Positions 63,501 to 64,000 of a stretch of 64,000 bases of DNA are shown piece after piece (position 1 is the stretch's first letter; each line of letters starts with the position of its first letter). Below the pieces are notes generated by a model. That model was not told the origin of the DNA. It saw only the letters and a program-made list of their open reading frames with translations, and did not search any database. Made by a program: the position numbers and the translations under genes. Location of the stretch: the NCBI RefSeq assembly GCF_009914755.1, contig NC_060925.1; one strand, written 5' to 3'. This DNA comes from the human T2T-CHM13v2.0 reference genome, Homo sapiens.

Positions 63501-64000
63501 AAGTGGTAAAATTAGGACTCAACCGATTCTTTTAAAATCTAAAGCCTATACTTTCTCAAAGCCCAAATTTTTCCAAATTTTGGAATGGATGCAGGTAGTG
63601 AATGTAGGTAAACTGAAAACCTATGTGGTTTTGAGAGGGATTGCTGTCACAGAAGTTAAGTGTGGCCCAGAGAAAACTAAAGTTTCTCAAAGCGTGTACA
63701 AGGAGTAAATAATGATTACTAGCACAGAATCAGGTAGTAAACTTGAGGGGGAAATTTGAAACCTGGGAGTACTTTCAGGAAAAGGCTAGTGACTAGAATT
63801 TTTTTTAATAACATTTTTATTTATTCATCAAATCTTTCCTTACCACGTACCAGGCGCTGAGTTAGGCCCTAGAGATTCATATCATGGTAAATGAGGAAGA
63901 CATGATCCTTGCCCTTTGGTCATATATTAGGGTATTCATATCGGTACACCCTTGTCAACAGTGGGTTTAAACTTTTTTTTTGTTTGTTTGCCATTTTGAT

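Overview
Primate (almost certainly human) genomic DNA, roughly half interspersed repeats (about 45 Alu copies or fragments, old L1/L2/MIR, several solo LTRs, two MER20). The only protein-coding sequence I can support is the first coding exon of CAMSAP2 (46852-46990, + strand, MGDAADPREMRKTFIVPAIKPFDHYDFSRAKIACNLAWLVAKAFGT). It lies in a CpG-island promoter (~45.7-47.0 kb) with a long GC-rich leader carrying four upstream AUGs. Bases 1-45.7 kb are upstream intergenic DNA. Bases 46991-64000 are intron 1; I did not see exon 2 in the window. Most ORF-track entries are Alu, LTR or low-complexity artefacts. I found no evidence of a wholly new biological system. The best leads are: (i) a ~1.1 kb TSD-flanked composite retro-insertion (Alu arm plus older flanking DNA) in intron 1; (ii) a second mRNA-3'-end-like insert nearby; (iii) an AUG-initiated GGC/polyglycine uORF and a start-stop element in the CAMSAP2 leader; (iv) a young AluYa5 with an internal deletion; (v) closely spaced inverted Alus, one almost entirely deleted; (vi) a FOX:ETS composite site upstream. 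Repeat subfamily names come from recalled consensus sequences and repeat boundaries are approximate.
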